A stretch of DNA of 53,252 nucleotides. Origin: Mayamaea pseudoterrestris. Lineage: Eukaryota. The translations under genes and the position numbers were made by a program. The notes under the pieces are model-generated. The model had not been told where the DNA came from. It worked only from the letters and a program-made list of their open reading frames with translations, and searched no databases. Below are positions 20,722-33,500 of this stretch, one piece after another. The stretch is from the NCBI GenBank assembly GCA_027923505.1, contig BROI01000020.1:620001-673252 (forward strand), given 5' to 3'. How positions within the stretch are numbered: the stretch's first letter is position 1; each line of letters opens with the position of its first letter.

Positions 20722-21086
20722 ACGGTGAACGATTATCAATACCAGTAATGAGGGTCGTATGGTGTTTGGGCCAACATGTTGCGGACCAATCGTAAGTGTT
20801 ACTTTTGGACTTGGGAAGTGGAACGGACCAGTGCTCCAACAAGGTTGCCTATATGACCATTATACGTAATGAGACATTGTTTGCTTTGGAAAACATGACT
20901 GTGGCAACGCAAGTGCGATAGATAGATGCTTTTGCGTGTATATATGTGAGATTCTATTTTTGCATTTTACTCGCATTGCAAACTAAAACATTAACGTTGA
21001 ATTGTTGGAATAACGCCGTACGGACGATGACAGCGATGGTCGCCCCATCGGATTTCGTAGAGGGCGGCAACGAAAGACTCCGCAAG

Positions 21087-23097
21087 CTATCGTTCCGTCT
21101 CTCTTCGATACTGCGCAATGTCAACAATACTCGTCATGACGAGCCCATGCCGTATGCAGAATCGTTTCAGTTCGGGTAGTCGCATCATTTCCGTCGGATG
21201 CTCCTCGGAAACTATTTCGCACAAGACGCCGACGGGTGCTCGACCAGCTAGTTTCGAAAGGTCCACGGCAGCTTCGGTATGACCGTCTCGTTCCAATACA
21301 CCGCCAGCCTTGGCCCGGAGTGGAAAAATGTGACCTGGTCGAGAAAAATCCGACGCGTCCGTCGAGGCATCCGCCAAGAGTCGAATCGTCTTGGCTCGGT
21401 CAAAGGCGCTAATGCCGGTCGATATTCCATGCTTCTTGTGAGCATCAACAGTCACACTAAAGGCAGTGCCCTTTGGATCTTGATTGTTTATCACCATGGG
21501 CGGCAGCTCCAATTGCCTCATGCGTTCCTCCTCCATGGCCACGCAAACCACGCCGGAACTATATCGAACGATGCGTGCCATGTCAAGGTCGCTACATTGA
21601 TCCGCCGCCATGATAAAGTCGCCTTCATTCTCGCGATTCATGTCGTCAACAACAACCACCATGTTTCCGCGTCCAATGGCGTCTATTGCATCCAGTACGC
21701 TTTGCTTGCCAAAGCAGTAACCATCCTGCGCCGCCTGCACGCCCTCGGCTATTGCCGCTATGTCATTGGCTGAAGCAGGAGCAGCGTTATCCACCAACAC
21801 TGATACTTGCACCGACTCGGTGTCTGCAGCAGCACTGCCATTGACACTTGTTGGTACCGCATCGGCCTGCGCGTCGACGACTCGCCGCGGCACCATGCCG
21901 CCATTGACTGGAATTACGTTCATCATGCTCATGGCGGCAGTGTTGGCACCTGCACCATCATTACTTGCAACACTCTCCGCAACAACATTGGCATCACTCC
22001 GCAGCAAGACACTCGCTAGATTGTCATGGTTCATGCGCCTTTGCTTGGTTTCCATGTACTTGACATTGTACTGATTGGTGCTTGGCACCACCATGGGTAG
22101 CGTTCCATCCACGCGCACGCCCAAGTCGTGTAGCAGTTTCACCTTGCGTGGATTGTTGGTCATTAACTGAATACTAGATATTTGCAAATCTGCCAGTATG
22201 GATGGCACGACATTGTACTCGCGCATGTCTTCGGGGAATCCTAGATGGAGATTGGCGTCGACGGTATCCAAGCCCAAGTCCTGGAGCGCGTAGGCGGCAA
22301 TCTTGTTGGCCAAGCCAATGCCTCGTCCCTCCTGCTGCAAGTATATAATGCAGCCGCCGTGTTTTTGAATATGTTTGAGCGCCATTTGCAGTTGCTCCTT
22401 GCAGTCGCAGCTGTTGAACAAAAGATAGAAGTGAGTAAGTGAGTGAGGGGAAAAGGTTTTTGCAAGAGGCAGCAGATTCCATATGCAACACATACCGCTG
22501 ACTCCGAAAGACTTCACTCGTCAGACACTGATCATGGATGCGCACCGGAAGACTGGATTGCCGAAAGGGCGGATGATTCGTGGCGTAAATGACGCAGGGG
22601 TCGCCGCCCAGCGCCGGCAGTAGCTTGCGACTCGCCACGGAGCCATCGTCGGGAACACGATAGGCGCGCAACTGAAACTGCCCCAAGTCGGTGGGGAGTT
22701 TCGTTTCGGCGACGAATTCAACAATCGTTGGTAGCTGCGGCTGCTGCTGTGAATCGTTTTGAATGATGCGAGGGAGTTTTGCGTAATTCGTTGGCTTTTT
22801 CTTGTTCGGCAGAGGTGCTGCATCGGACGACGACGATGCCAGGAGTGAATCATCCTTTTGTTGTTGCGGCTCGTTTTCATTCACGTCATTATTATTACTG
22901 TGACTCTCATCCAGCGACCCTCCACTACTGCTGCTGCTGCTACTACTCGTCTTTGGTGCCTGCAGTACGTTTCGTCGGCTGCTTTTCACGTCGCCTCCTC
23001 GCGCAAAGAGTGGATGCGGCCGGGCAAAGGCTTCCGTGCAACTCAAAAGCAGCAGCAGCAGCAGACATTGGCGCTTGATGGACATTGGAATTAACAT
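21087..23097 (-). CDS. ribA-ribB: Plastid-targeted bifunctional GTP cyclohydrolase II (N-terminal) / 3,4-dihydroxy-2-butanone-4-phosphate synthase (C-terminal); 2 exons (23097-22496, 22410-21087)
   Basis: GCHII motifs: LPTDLGQF, VRIHDQCLTSEVFRSQRCDC (spliced across intron 22411-22495), QEGRGIGLANK, LMTNNPRK. DHBPS motifs: VVVVDDMNRENEGD, GISAFDRA, RPGHIFPL, GHTEAAVDL. Signal peptide ending TEA|FARP. Confidence 0.93.
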
Positions 23098-23745
23098 GGT
23101 AAATGTATATAAAAGATGGTAGCAGTGAAGCGAATAATGTAGGGTAGTCGGAATGGACAGTAGAGTCAATTGTTCGCCTTCGATTGAGTGATGGCTCGTG
23201 GCGCGTTCTCGCTGCTTTTATATCGCTTGCAGTCTGCTGCTTGCAAGTCTTGACTGCTTCTAATGATTATTGATCTATTTGTATTCCCTCTTGCTTGTCG
23301 TATTGCAGTAAATCAATCGTTTCTAGTGACAGTGATGGCATGCATGCGATGCAAAATCAAATTGTTCCATGAAGCGTCGTCGAAAAAGCATCACTCGCGC
23401 GCCGCCCGTGCGTGTGGCCGAAGCGTGACAGGCTCAGAACCAGATGATAACTAACCGTAAGTGAATGAAGATGTAGTTAAGGATATTCTTGATCGCGCGC
23501 ACGATAAAGCGGCATGCCAAATGTACGGTACAAGCTATAGTACTTAGCCGTTAACAAAAAGTATTTACTACTTTGTTCATTATTGTACAACAACAGAGGC
23601 TGATGTTGATGGCAACAAGGTAAATTTGGGTGTGTGTTGTGAGAGAGTGTTTGTGTGGGAAAGCATTGGTCCGCTGCGTGAGAAAATGGTGCAATCATTG
23701 ACCGCCAAATGCCCCAGATTATCTTAACGTTTTACAGGTGATCAA

Positions 23746-26106
23746 TTAGGTTGACACAGTCTGCGGAATGGGAGCTCGACTCGCCGCCGCACCAATGACA
23801 CTGGAGGTTGGACTGCTTCCAAACAAGCTGCTGTTCTCGGACGCCAGTGACGCCGAAGATACGGAGTGAGCATGCGACGCTTGCGCCGCAATGGGACCTA
23901 GACCAGACATGACGGCGCCCATGTCCATTTTGGCATCGTCGCCCGTCGAAAAGCCCTTGGCGCGGTCGGCCAAACTGGAGCGCTTGTCCGCGTCGCGAAT
24001 GGGTTCCTGGTGGTCAGTGGCGGCACCAGCACCTGACTTTGTTTCGTGCTGCTGCTGGGCACGGCGAAAGCTAATTTGAGCGGCAGTGTTGGCATCCAGC
24101 TTGGCGCCACTTGTGGAGACTGACATTGTACCGCCAGCGCTTTGACTCGACTCCTTGCGCGGCGACTGCATGAACTCGGGTAGTCGGCGTCCATTCAACA
24201 TGGTCTTGTCAGTCGTTTTGACTGCCATCTTCAGCAAGTAAAACTCACGACTCTTGCGATCCTCGGCAAAGCTACTTCGCACGGCATCCGCGTCACTTTC
24301 ACCAGCCGCCAGCGCCAAGTCACGCGCCCAGTTGGTGTGATTCAACGAAACAATCCTCAACTTTTCCGGATCCACGCGATTATACCTCGCCTGCCGCGCT
24401 TGCTCCTCGACGACGCTGGCAATGGCCGTGCGCACGTTTTGCTGCCGCTGCTTGCCTTCGTCAAAGCTAACCACATGCTCCAGGCCGCGACGCGAGTGAC
24501 CAAAGCGGTGCCACCACTTGTCGCCCTTTTTGAACGAGGTGGGACTCTTGTTGTTAATACTCAAACCGGCAGCGGCAAGCGAATTATGACTGTGGTTATT
24601 CGGCGCGGCCTTGCTATCGGCCAACCATATTTCGGATCCGCCCTCCATCATGGCCTTGGTGATCATGCGACCCGTCCTTCGAAAGGATTCATAGTCTGTC
24701 TTGGTCCACCAAATGTCCGCCTTTTGCGAATTCATAATAGGAGGAATCGTCACCACGCGCGCCATAGGCGCAAAATGCACGGAGCACTGGTTCGTCTTGG
24801 ACTTGTTCGTTGGTGCGTACTGCGGAAAGAGTGAGCGGCGACGGGCTGATGAAACAGCTGCAGTCGTATTAATGGATGTTGCCGCCGTCCCTCCGTTGGT
24901 CAAGCTGGAATGCTCCGCCTTGCTCGTTTCGAAATTGCTACCATCTAAATGTTCTGAAGCAGCCGCCGATGAAACCATGGAATGCGTCATGTTGGAAGCA
25001 TTTTCGTCATGCGAGTCTTGCTTCAAAACAATGGCCCGGCGTAGAATGGACTTGAGTGGTTTCTTGCTGGATGCACTTGACGCGTCACTGTTCAACGTGG
25101 ATGATTGCAAATTGGCAATGCCATTCAGTAAACTCTTTGGATGATGCTGCTGCTGCATTGACGGAGACGACTGCAACGAAGGAATCACATTTGTTGCTGT
25201 CGGTGGCGGCGACGACGAGACTGGTGGAGTGTTGTTATCTGGCGCATTATGATCCGGCAGTCGCAACCTCGCCAAGACGGCCTGCCGCTCCTTCTCCGAC
25301 AATCGTTCACCCAGCACCTCGGAATTGTTGCTCATGCTGTCGTCATTAGCATTGTTATTATTGTTGCTATTGCTAGCAGGCTCCACTTCATCCTTTGCGA
25401 CCGTTGCTACTGCATTCGCTGCACTCTGTTGCGCCGCCGCCGCTTGCGAAGCGTTTGAAAACTCCCTCGCACTCTCTCGCTCCGCCTCTTCATCGTCCCA
25501 CTCAATGGCGTCATGTTCGTCGTCATTGCCTTGCACGAGCCACGGAAATAAACAGCACTGCCACAAGGCTGGCTTGCCTTCATGCGTTGTCAAACCGAAA
25601 CTACTACTGCTCCGTCTATTACTGCCGGACGACCAAGTGGTAACGTCGCTAATGTTGCTCAAGCGTTCGGATTGCGTGTATACTTGCTGCTGCGACTGAC
25701 TCTTGCTGCTACCAATCACTTCTGGAATAGCAGTCTTGGTGGTTGCAGCAATAGCAGTAGCATCGGCGTACGAGTAGTCTTGGTAGTAAAAGGGAGTGTA
25801 GAGCGACGAGTCTGGCGGGGCCTGCTGCGGATTGGCCTGTCCTTGCTGCTGCTCGAGTTGTTCCTGTTGCAGTCGCGCCATGTTATTTCTCTTCTTGTCG
25901 TCACTTTTGCTAGCAGCATTCTTTTTCCTCGCCCATGGCAACTGAAACTGCTGCACCGATCCCGACGTTTGCTCGACTCGCTTGCTGCTACTATTCCTAT
26001 TGCCATTGCCGTACGACTGATCCATCGTTAGCAAGGAACCATTCTCGTCTCGCATGGACGACAAGTCCTGCGCAATCGAGTCGCGCGCCAAGAGTCCGAG
26101 CGGCAT
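23746..26106 (-). CDS. Large low-complexity protein with an 'RGLE' motif domain
   Basis: Long uninterrupted ORF. Conserved-looking block SVHF...IWWTKTDYESF...RRGLEH...VVEEQARQ...ARDLALAAGESDA within disordered S/Q/N-rich sequence. Start uncertain (ATG 26106 chosen). Confidence 0.8.
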   Translation of the reverse strand: MPLGLLARDSIAQDLSSMRDENGSLLTMDQSYGNGNRNSSSKRVEQTSGSVQQFQLPWARKKNAASKSDDKKRNNMARLQQEQLEQQQGQANPQQAPPDSSLYTPFYYQDYSYADATAIAATTKTAIPEVIGSSKSQSQQQVYTQSERLSNISDVTTWSSGSNRRSSSSFGLTTHEGKPALWQCCLFPWLVQGNDDEHDAIEWDDEEAERESAREFSNASQAAAAQQSAANAVATVAKDEVEPASNSNNNNNANDDSMSNNSEVLGERLSEKERQAVLARLRLPDHNAPDNNTPPVSSSPPPTATNVIPSLQSSPSMQQQHHPKSLLNGIANLQSSTLNSDASSASSKKPLKSILRRAIVLKQDSHDENASNMTHSMVSSAAASEHLDGSNFETSKAEHSSLTNGGTAATSINTTAAVSSARRRSLFPQYAPTNKSKTNQCSVHFAPMARVVTIPPIMNSQKADIWWTKTDYESFRRTGRMITKAMMEGGSEIWLADSKAAPNNHSHNSLAAAGLSINNKSPTSFKKGDKWWHRFGHSRRGLEHVVSFDEGKQRQQNVRTAIASVVEEQARQARYNRVDPEKLRIVSLNHTNWARDLALAAGESDADAVRSSFAEDRKSREFYLLKMAVKTTDKTMLNGRRLPEFMQSPRKESSQSAGGTMSVSTSGAKLDANTAAQISFRRAQQQHETKSGAGAATDHQEPIRDADKRSSLADRAKGFSTGDDAKMDMGAVMSGLGPIAAQASHAHSVSSASLASENSSLFGSSPTSSVIGAAASRAPIPQTVST

Positions 26107-27328
26107 GGTGGCGAGAGAATCAAGCAGCCCGAGATTAGTTTGCGTGAAGAGAGAGTCTGTCACTTGACTCAGTCGGTACTGACAGTAATGAGTATTGCTT
26201 GCGTCTCTGCTCGTTTATTCCAATTCTTTTGTTCCTGGAAGAGAATGGAATCTTTTTCAGCCTCGTTTCAGCGATTGTCTCCAACGCAGACAGGGCGGTT
26301 AATGATGGTGGATGGAAGGCGCAAGTGACAAAATGATCAACTCAACAGTCTCCCCTTGGCTCGTCTGAGTAAAACAGAATCAGTGGCCAAAGACGAGAGA
26401 CTTGCGTTACGCACGACCTCTATTTTCTCCTCTCGTCGGAGTACTGCTGTTAATGCTCTCCGTTTCGACAAGTGAACGAGACGAGATTCCGCGTGACGAA
26501 AGGCTGCTGATGCTGCTGCTGCTTATTCGTCGTCGTCGTCAATAACTAAACGATTTATACACAAGTTCGTCAGAGGTAGGAATCAAGGGCAATCGCAGCC
26601 AGCAACGCTTGCTGACTCTTGCAATGGTGGTCCATGTGTTTACCGCGACGACACCACACATGGCGCGGCCCGCGCCGCGCCGGCTGCGCAACGTGACGTG
26701 TTGGCAAGCCACGTTGCGTTTCGCGGTTGATGGACGGATGGACGGACGAATGACGTCATGAGCTATCGTAGTCGCAGCGAGAATGAAATTTTAGCTAATG
26801 ATAATGATGTTGCAACGAACGATGCCGGTATGATAGGAAGGAGCGAGGCCGCGCGACTGCAGCTCCTACCGGAAAACATGTATATATGATGTAGAAGTTC
26901 CATCTACCGGCTACCGGTAGATTTAGTATCTTCCATTTTATAATGTGCCGCAGCTATGGAGCCGCGGCGGTGGCAGCCAAATGAAACTCTCTGGGTGCGG
27001 CGGTACCCAAGCCATGGCAGACTGACATGAGTATATAGTATGATATTTGTCGCTGTAGAAAAATTGAATCGCATTGTATATTGTCTATAGCAATGCATCA
27101 TTGCATGTTGAGAAATTACAATTGACAATGATTACTGGCGCACTCATAAATCGTCTCTTTCGCTACTAAATCTACTACGCTCAAGTGGCGGCATCGTATG
27201 TATTTCGCAACGTAGCAGAAAGTTGGAGCACGAAACGATAGCCACGTTACGTCGACCCTCCGTTTCACTTTGGCAAGCTTGCAGCTGCACTCTCACCAAT
27301 TTCGTCATCACGTCTCTTGTATCACATT

Positions 27329-27718
27329 TCAAATTTCATCGTCTCGATTTTGTTGCAAATGTTGCGATTGTTCCAGCAATCGCCGCTGGTGCTCCTGTTG
27401 CATCTTGTACAGCTTTCGCCGCTCGGCCATTTCGAATAGACTCGGAATATTGTTTGGAACGCAGGAGCATCCGTAGACACAATTCGTCTCATGCATCTGC
27501 TGTAGATTCACTGCTGCTCCAAATGTCGACGACGGCAAGGGAGGCATGGACGAGTTGTAGACGTCGTCGTCTTGTTTCGTCGTCGATGATTCAATGACGG
27601 AGCAATACATGTTGCTGCTGTTGGTATCATCAGATGGTCGCTGCTGTTGCTTCTCTTGAGATTCCGCGTCTGCATTGCTAGTAGTTGTGACTGTAGTCCT
27701 TACTGGAGCTGTCTGCAT
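27329..27718 (-). CDS. Small hypothetical protein
   Basis: 129-aa ATG ORF with T/Q/S-rich composition like neighbouring genes and a CVYGCSCVP...PSLFEMAERRK core. No independent support. Confidence 0.45.
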   Translation of the reverse strand: MQTAPVRTTVTTTSNADAESQEKQQQRPSDDTNSSNMYCSVIESSTTKQDDDVYNSSMPPLPSSTFGAAVNLQQMHETNCVYGCSCVPNNIPSLFEMAERRKLYKMQQEHQRRLLEQSQHLQQNRDDEI

Positions 27719-27988
27719 GTTCGTCGTCGTAGCAATGGATTGATGAAGGCCTCGTCATTGCGGCGATCTGGCCGCGCCCGCGCCCTAACAATGCGTTTTC
27801 ATGATGCCTCCACGTCACTTTGACACGATCGTTTCACCGTGCGTTCGTTCCACCGCTCGTTGCATGCCAGCACCCCAACTGGATGGCCCCTTTTGTTTTC
27901 CTTCAACCTCTTGCGATCAATACTGGATCAAACAATCATATGAGAGCATGACAACGACGACGAAACAAACCCTTTCGTTGGTTTGATC

Positions 27989-29482
27989 ATGTGCAATAGG
28001 AAACGACGTTTCATTGAATCAGAGAGTAACAGCAGTCATAGTAATATGGAAACGATGCATGTCATGAGCAAGCAACCAAAGAATTTCACAGCGCCAAGTC
28101 TTTCGGATGCTGCTACTAGTGCTAGTGCTCCTACAGCTACTGCTACTACTCAATCTACCAGCAGTAGCAATAACAAAAAGAGCTGGAGCATGATCATGGC
28201 CAAGACCTTCTTCCCCGCTCTATCGCGAAGCTCCTCCAAGTCATCCCTTCCATCCGCTGCCACCATTAGTGATGATGACGACACTGACGAAACGCATCAC
28301 GAAGACCAAGACGACCACAACGAAGATCAAGACGACGAAGACATTCATCCCGACTTGCTCCAAGTCATGCACGCCAAGTACGCCACGCCGCAGGACCAGG
28401 ACGTGGCCGTCTTTTTGCAGCTCACGCAGCAACTGTCGCTGCAGAGCACGCTCTTTTTGCTGCAGGGACACGCCAGAGCCCTAAACTTGGAGCAGCTGCA
28501 GCAAAATCAAGCGGAAAGTCTCAAACTGCTGGGATTGAATCAAGCGAGTAACAAGGCAGTAGCAGCAGCAAGTGCAGCTGCTTCAAATGAATCAACCTTG
28601 CCGTCCAAACGGAAAAAGCTCAAGCAGTTTCGCTTCGCCGAGATTGCCAACCAAAAGGTGCGAACCGTCGTTCACAACTACGACTATGGATCCGATGATT
28701 GTCACGTTTATGAAGATGACGAAGATGAATCAGAAGAAGGAGAAGAAGACTCGAACGCCGAGGCATCATCATCAACATTGTCGTCCGCCGCAACGCCAAC
28801 AAGCATTTCCTCTGATGCAAGTGCAGCATCACCACCAACATCCATCAAACCAACCGACGCGGAAAAGGATCTCATGTGGTGGTCACTCGACGACTTGAAG
28901 CAGTTTCGCGCCGAAGCCATTGAAACGGTTCACTACTTTAAGCGATACAGGCCCGACTACGTGCAGCTTGTGGAAACGGTGGCGGCATGTTCGAGTTCCA
29001 ATTCGTCGAGTCTGCAGCAGCAGAATGTATCGACGAAAACTACTTCAATTGCAGCAGGCCAAGATGCAAGCTCGACCAGTCCTTCCACTACCAGTTGTAC
29101 TACTCAACAGCCCTCTACTTCATCACCGCCATCATCATCACCACTCTCCGCCCTCGAGCAGCTCCAGGAGCAGCTACTACAAAACGCCATGAAGAGACTC
29201 GTGCAAGACTCTTACGCCCGCGGCTTGGAGATTCACATTTGCAGTCAGCTTGGCCGTCGTCGCAAGGAAACCGTTCAAGCCGTACTGGAGGAGCAGCAGG
29301 ATTGCTGGGCGTCGAGCGATAGCTACGAAACCACCTCGCACTGCCTGCGCGAGCAAAGCTTGGCCTACAGTCAGTGGAGCAGTCGGTTCGCATTGAAAAT
29401 GGCCGAGTGTGATACCATTGATGCGCTGCAGGCAGCCATGAGTCGGTGGCAGGCGACGGATCAGGAGCGTATGGAAATGTAA
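27989..29482 (+). CDS. Hypothetical 'RGLE' motif protein, same family as 23746-26106
   Basis: Uninterrupted ORF. KQFRF...LMWWSLDDLKQF...ARGLEIH...VLEEQQ...SRFALKMAECD parallels the motif order of the upstream divergent gene. Confidence 0.82.
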   Translation: MCNRKRRFIESESNSSHSNMETMHVMSKQPKNFTAPSLSDAATSASAPTATATTQSTSSSNNKKSWSMIMAKTFFPALSRSSSKSSLPSAATISDDDDTDETHHEDQDDHNEDQDDEDIHPDLLQVMHAKYATPQDQDVAVFLQLTQQLSLQSTLFLLQGHARALNLEQLQQNQAESLKLLGLNQASNKAVAAASAAASNESTLPSKRKKLKQFRFAEIANQKVRTVVHNYDYGSDDCHVYEDDEDESEEGEEDSNAEASSSTLSSAATPTSISSDASAASPPTSIKPTDAEKDLMWWSLDDLKQFRAEAIETVHYFKRYRPDYVQLVETVAACSSSNSSSLQQQNVSTKTTSIAAGQDASSTSPSTTSCTTQQPSTSSPPSSSPLSALEQLQEQLLQNAMKRLVQDSYARGLEIHICSQLGRRRKETVQAVLEEQQDCWASSDSYETTSHCLREQSLAYSQWSSRFALKMAECDTIDALQAAMSRWQATDQERMEM

Positions 29483-30545
29483 CAGGATGATTTTGTAGTC
29501 ACTATTTTGATGGCGACTTGCTAGCACTAGTCGCTTTTACCAATCGCGCGAGCTTTTCGCAACACCAACACTCGTAGCGGAACACGGACCCTGCTACCGC
29601 TCATACATTCACTCTATTAGCACACAAATTTTTTCACGTCAACATGTTAGAGTATAGTCGGGAGATGAATAGGTATACACAATTGCTCCAGGCGACTCTG
29701 ACTTGGTTCGTCGTCCATCAATATACTTACGCCATTCTAGAGCAGCTGCCTGCAAAAAACAGACGGAGTTGCGAGCGTCTTCAATAGAGTAGAGTCAAAC
29801 CGGGATGATACTGCCTAGAAAGCAACTGTCATTTTGACGGTGACCAAGCCATCTTCATCTTCGTCTGCGTTGAAAGCGTAATCCAGCCACGTCGCATCCG
29901 CGACAACGATATCATAAAGTAATTATAATCTCGAATGTTTTACGTATGCAATGCTGTCACTGATTCATCCATTGTTGCTCATCTTTGTAAAGTTCAACAT
30001 CATGGTGTATTGTTCCATAGACCAGTACATACATAGCTAACAACGTTCCGATCCGTTTCCAAACTACGTCGCGGTTAACTGAGCCGTTATTTGACCCGTT
30101 GCTTTGCCAAATGTGGCGCGCCAGTCGAGCCCACCACGTGAGGTTCGTTCGCCGCTTTTTTCCGCATCGTCGGCCATGACGAATCCATTGCCAATGAATT
30201 GTGAGATTTGGAGCCACGAGCCTGCAACCAACCAACCGAATCCTAGTTACTGTCCATTGCAGCGTCCCAGCAATCACTCGACGATACGAAAAATCCCATT
30301 TTTACTGCAATCGCTGAAGCTTTGCTCGCTCTCTCGCTTGCTCCTCGGAAGAAACGGCTTGGAGACTTGCAAAGGAGGAACGAGTGAAAAACTCTTTTCT
30401 TGCCATTGTGAAACGTTGCAGACAAGCTAATTTCATCAAATAAGGAAAGCTTGACTACTGAAGCGATTCGTGCAGCCAGCAAGAGGATCTTCATTTACAG
30501 CGATAGCCGCTCAGCTCGACGCGACGCAACAATCTACACATCATC

Positions 30546-33500
30546 ATGACGAGACAATCATCACTATTGTTACTGCTCCATCAAAATCACGGACGGCGGA
30601 GACCAATGGTTCACTTTTCCATGCGCCTCCAGTATCTGCTTCTTCTTGTCGTACTCACGACTCACTGCAGCCACGCCATTCTCATGACGGATGCATCATT
30701 GATCATGACCCAGGACGATTTGGACGCTTGCTTGGACGCGTTAGCGGCAGCCGATGAGAACAATGATTCGTCACTGAATCGCGACGAGTACGCCAGCTTT
30801 GCGTTACACATGGTGCCGCCGGAGTACAACGTTTCGAGTCTCACTGAGAATACGAATTCATACGCGAGCCTTCCCGCGTCGCTGCAGGCTTCCTTTCTAT
30901 CGACAGCTTGTCTCTGCAGCAGCCATCAGCAGCAGCAGCAAGATGGAAACGACTCGGCCGCGTCGGCGTGCTGCCTGGGAACGAATGCAAACGTCAGAGT
31001 GCCGACGGCAAGTGACGGAGAAGACAGCAATGAGCAAGCCTACTTGTACGCCACCTGCAGCATTACCAGGAGTGCCATTCAAGCGGAATATTTGGCGTCG
31101 CGACCGGCGGCTTCGGAGCCGCCAATGCCAACGACTAGTAACAGTCCAGTGGCGGCGCCGTCAGCCTCCGTGACGCCGAGTACGACACTTGCTCCAAGCT
31201 TGTCAGTCAATCGCTTGCCTCTGAATCAAGGATTAACCCTTTATCCAACGGCACCACCAGCCAGTCACGGAAGCACGCTCGCGCCAACGAGCGTCAATGA
31301 AACAACGACGGAAGAGAAACCGCCCGCAAGTGTCACGACGCGTCGGATCGAAACGAGCGTGTCGTATGTGATTGCCGTCCAGTCGCAGCCAACAGGCGAG
31401 GCGAACCGTAGTAGCAACAATGACACTGCAGCATCCTTGCCATTTTTGAATGATTTGCAGACAGCAATGGATCAGCTGGCGCAAGTGGTGGTGGGAGCGG
31501 TGCGCGTCCGGCGACGGCGACTGGCAGCAACCACGACGACGCATAAAATGCCATCCATCAGGCGACTCAAGGTTGGCGTGTTGCTGCCCACGCAGTTGCA
31601 ACCAATGTCAGATATAGGTATGTCATGCTGTTGTTGCTGCTTACCATGTTCATGCATTAATACGCTAGTCGCATGAAACGTTTCTTGCTGCGTTGCTGTA
31701 CATTGCTCACGCATTCATGTTTGTATTTTCCCAGACTGTCCGTCAAGCACCGAATTCCCTTCATCCAATTACACATGTCACAAAGTGACGAGCATTATTA
31801 CGCTACTTAATATTGACGCAAGTCAAGATGCTAATGCCGTCAAGGTCGAGTTTGAGCATGCCATGGGCAAATCGATCGACGGAGGGCGCCTCCAAGCCTT
31901 GCTGGACATTATCAATTCGCAAACGCTGATTCGAATCGTCGGCGAAAAGAATGTTGGCGAGCCAAACGCCAATAGTGACGGCGGCGATACTAGCAGCGGG
32001 CCAACCCAAACGGGGCAATCAACAACGTCGGAAAGCAGCGAGGCGAGATTGTCAACGGCCGCTATTGTTGGAGCGTCCATTGGATGTCTCTTGGTAATTC
32101 CGGCATTGATATTACTGGTGCATCGTTACAGCAAGGGCGAAACGTGGCGGAGTGTCAAGCACAACAAGGAAAGTTACGCTGTTGCTGCTAGCGGAAGCGA
32201 CTTGGACGGGCGCATTCATGGTGGCATTGGACATGTGGAGCGTGACGACGAAAATGACAATGACGTTGAACAACCAACGACAAGCATGACAAGTAGCAGT
32301 GAGCGCATCATGATTGATACGAGCAGTGAGACTAGGTCGTCACCATCAACTGCACGTTCAAGCAAGGAGCAAATGTCGTCACCAAGTTCTTCTTCTTCCT
32401 CGTCGAGTTCATCCTCATCGTCCGAGGACTTGCCAGCGCAAAAGTTGCTAACAAAGGATCAGAGCTACACCAACATTCTAAAAGCTGCACCTGTTGGTTC
32501 CGGAGCTGCTGCTATCAATGAAAACGATTCCAAGGGTGTTTCAACCTGCGATAGCATCAATACACAGGAGAGTAGCTCATCCTCGTCCAACTTTTTGCCG
32601 CACGTTACGCTGAGTACTAGCACTCTGGACATTGCATTTAATGCCGAGCCGCTACACGACATTCACCTTTCTACATCATCGGAAACCGTCGAGGCGACGC
32701 GCGATCAATTGGAACGGGCACTGCAGACGCGTGATTGGGCAGCCGTTGGTGATGCTGCTGCAACTTTGGCACTGATGTTGGAACAGGATGACGATCTAGT
32801 CGTCGAGGCACTGCATTCCCAACAAAATCGATATGTTATCCAGCGTTTGGAGTCCAGCGCAACAATTAACTCAATTCAAGTCAAACAGCTTGACAGACTA
32901 GTGGCTGCGCAAGACTGGAATGCTTTGGTGGACTTGGCCGCCCGATTCGAAGCTGAGGAGTTTGAGCTCCGAAGTATCCAAAGCAGTGGCGCAGATTCAT
33001 CATCGGGATCTCGCACAAGTGAATCGTCAGCGACTGGGTCAAACGATCGCGGGTCGGCTGCATCTGGGTCAGATGTTCATGGTTCTCATACATCGTCGTC
33101 GGTTTTCGACGGAGGCACGCCTTCTACAAGCGTTTCTGGCAGCACTCACCGGCATCAAACGAGTGCCGAACTTCGCGGGCAAGTCATAGCGCTGGTGCGT
33201 CGAGTGGTTCCGGAAGAGAATGGCAATGTCGAGGAGATGCTCCAACAGTTTTGTGGTCGCGAGGAGGATTTGATAGAAACGCTTCGTAGCATGCATGAAC
33301 GATCCGTTGCACAAAAGGCACGGACAGCAAAGCAAAAGGCGGCGAAAGTGGAAGCACGACGGAAAGTGAAATCACAACGGACAAGTAACACCGAGACGAC
33401 TTGTTTGGTCACGATTCACCCAGATCCTGACGTGCCAACTGTTGCCTCAGCCTTGACCGCATCTCCTTGTGGTACTTTCGATGAGATTTACCACAATGTT

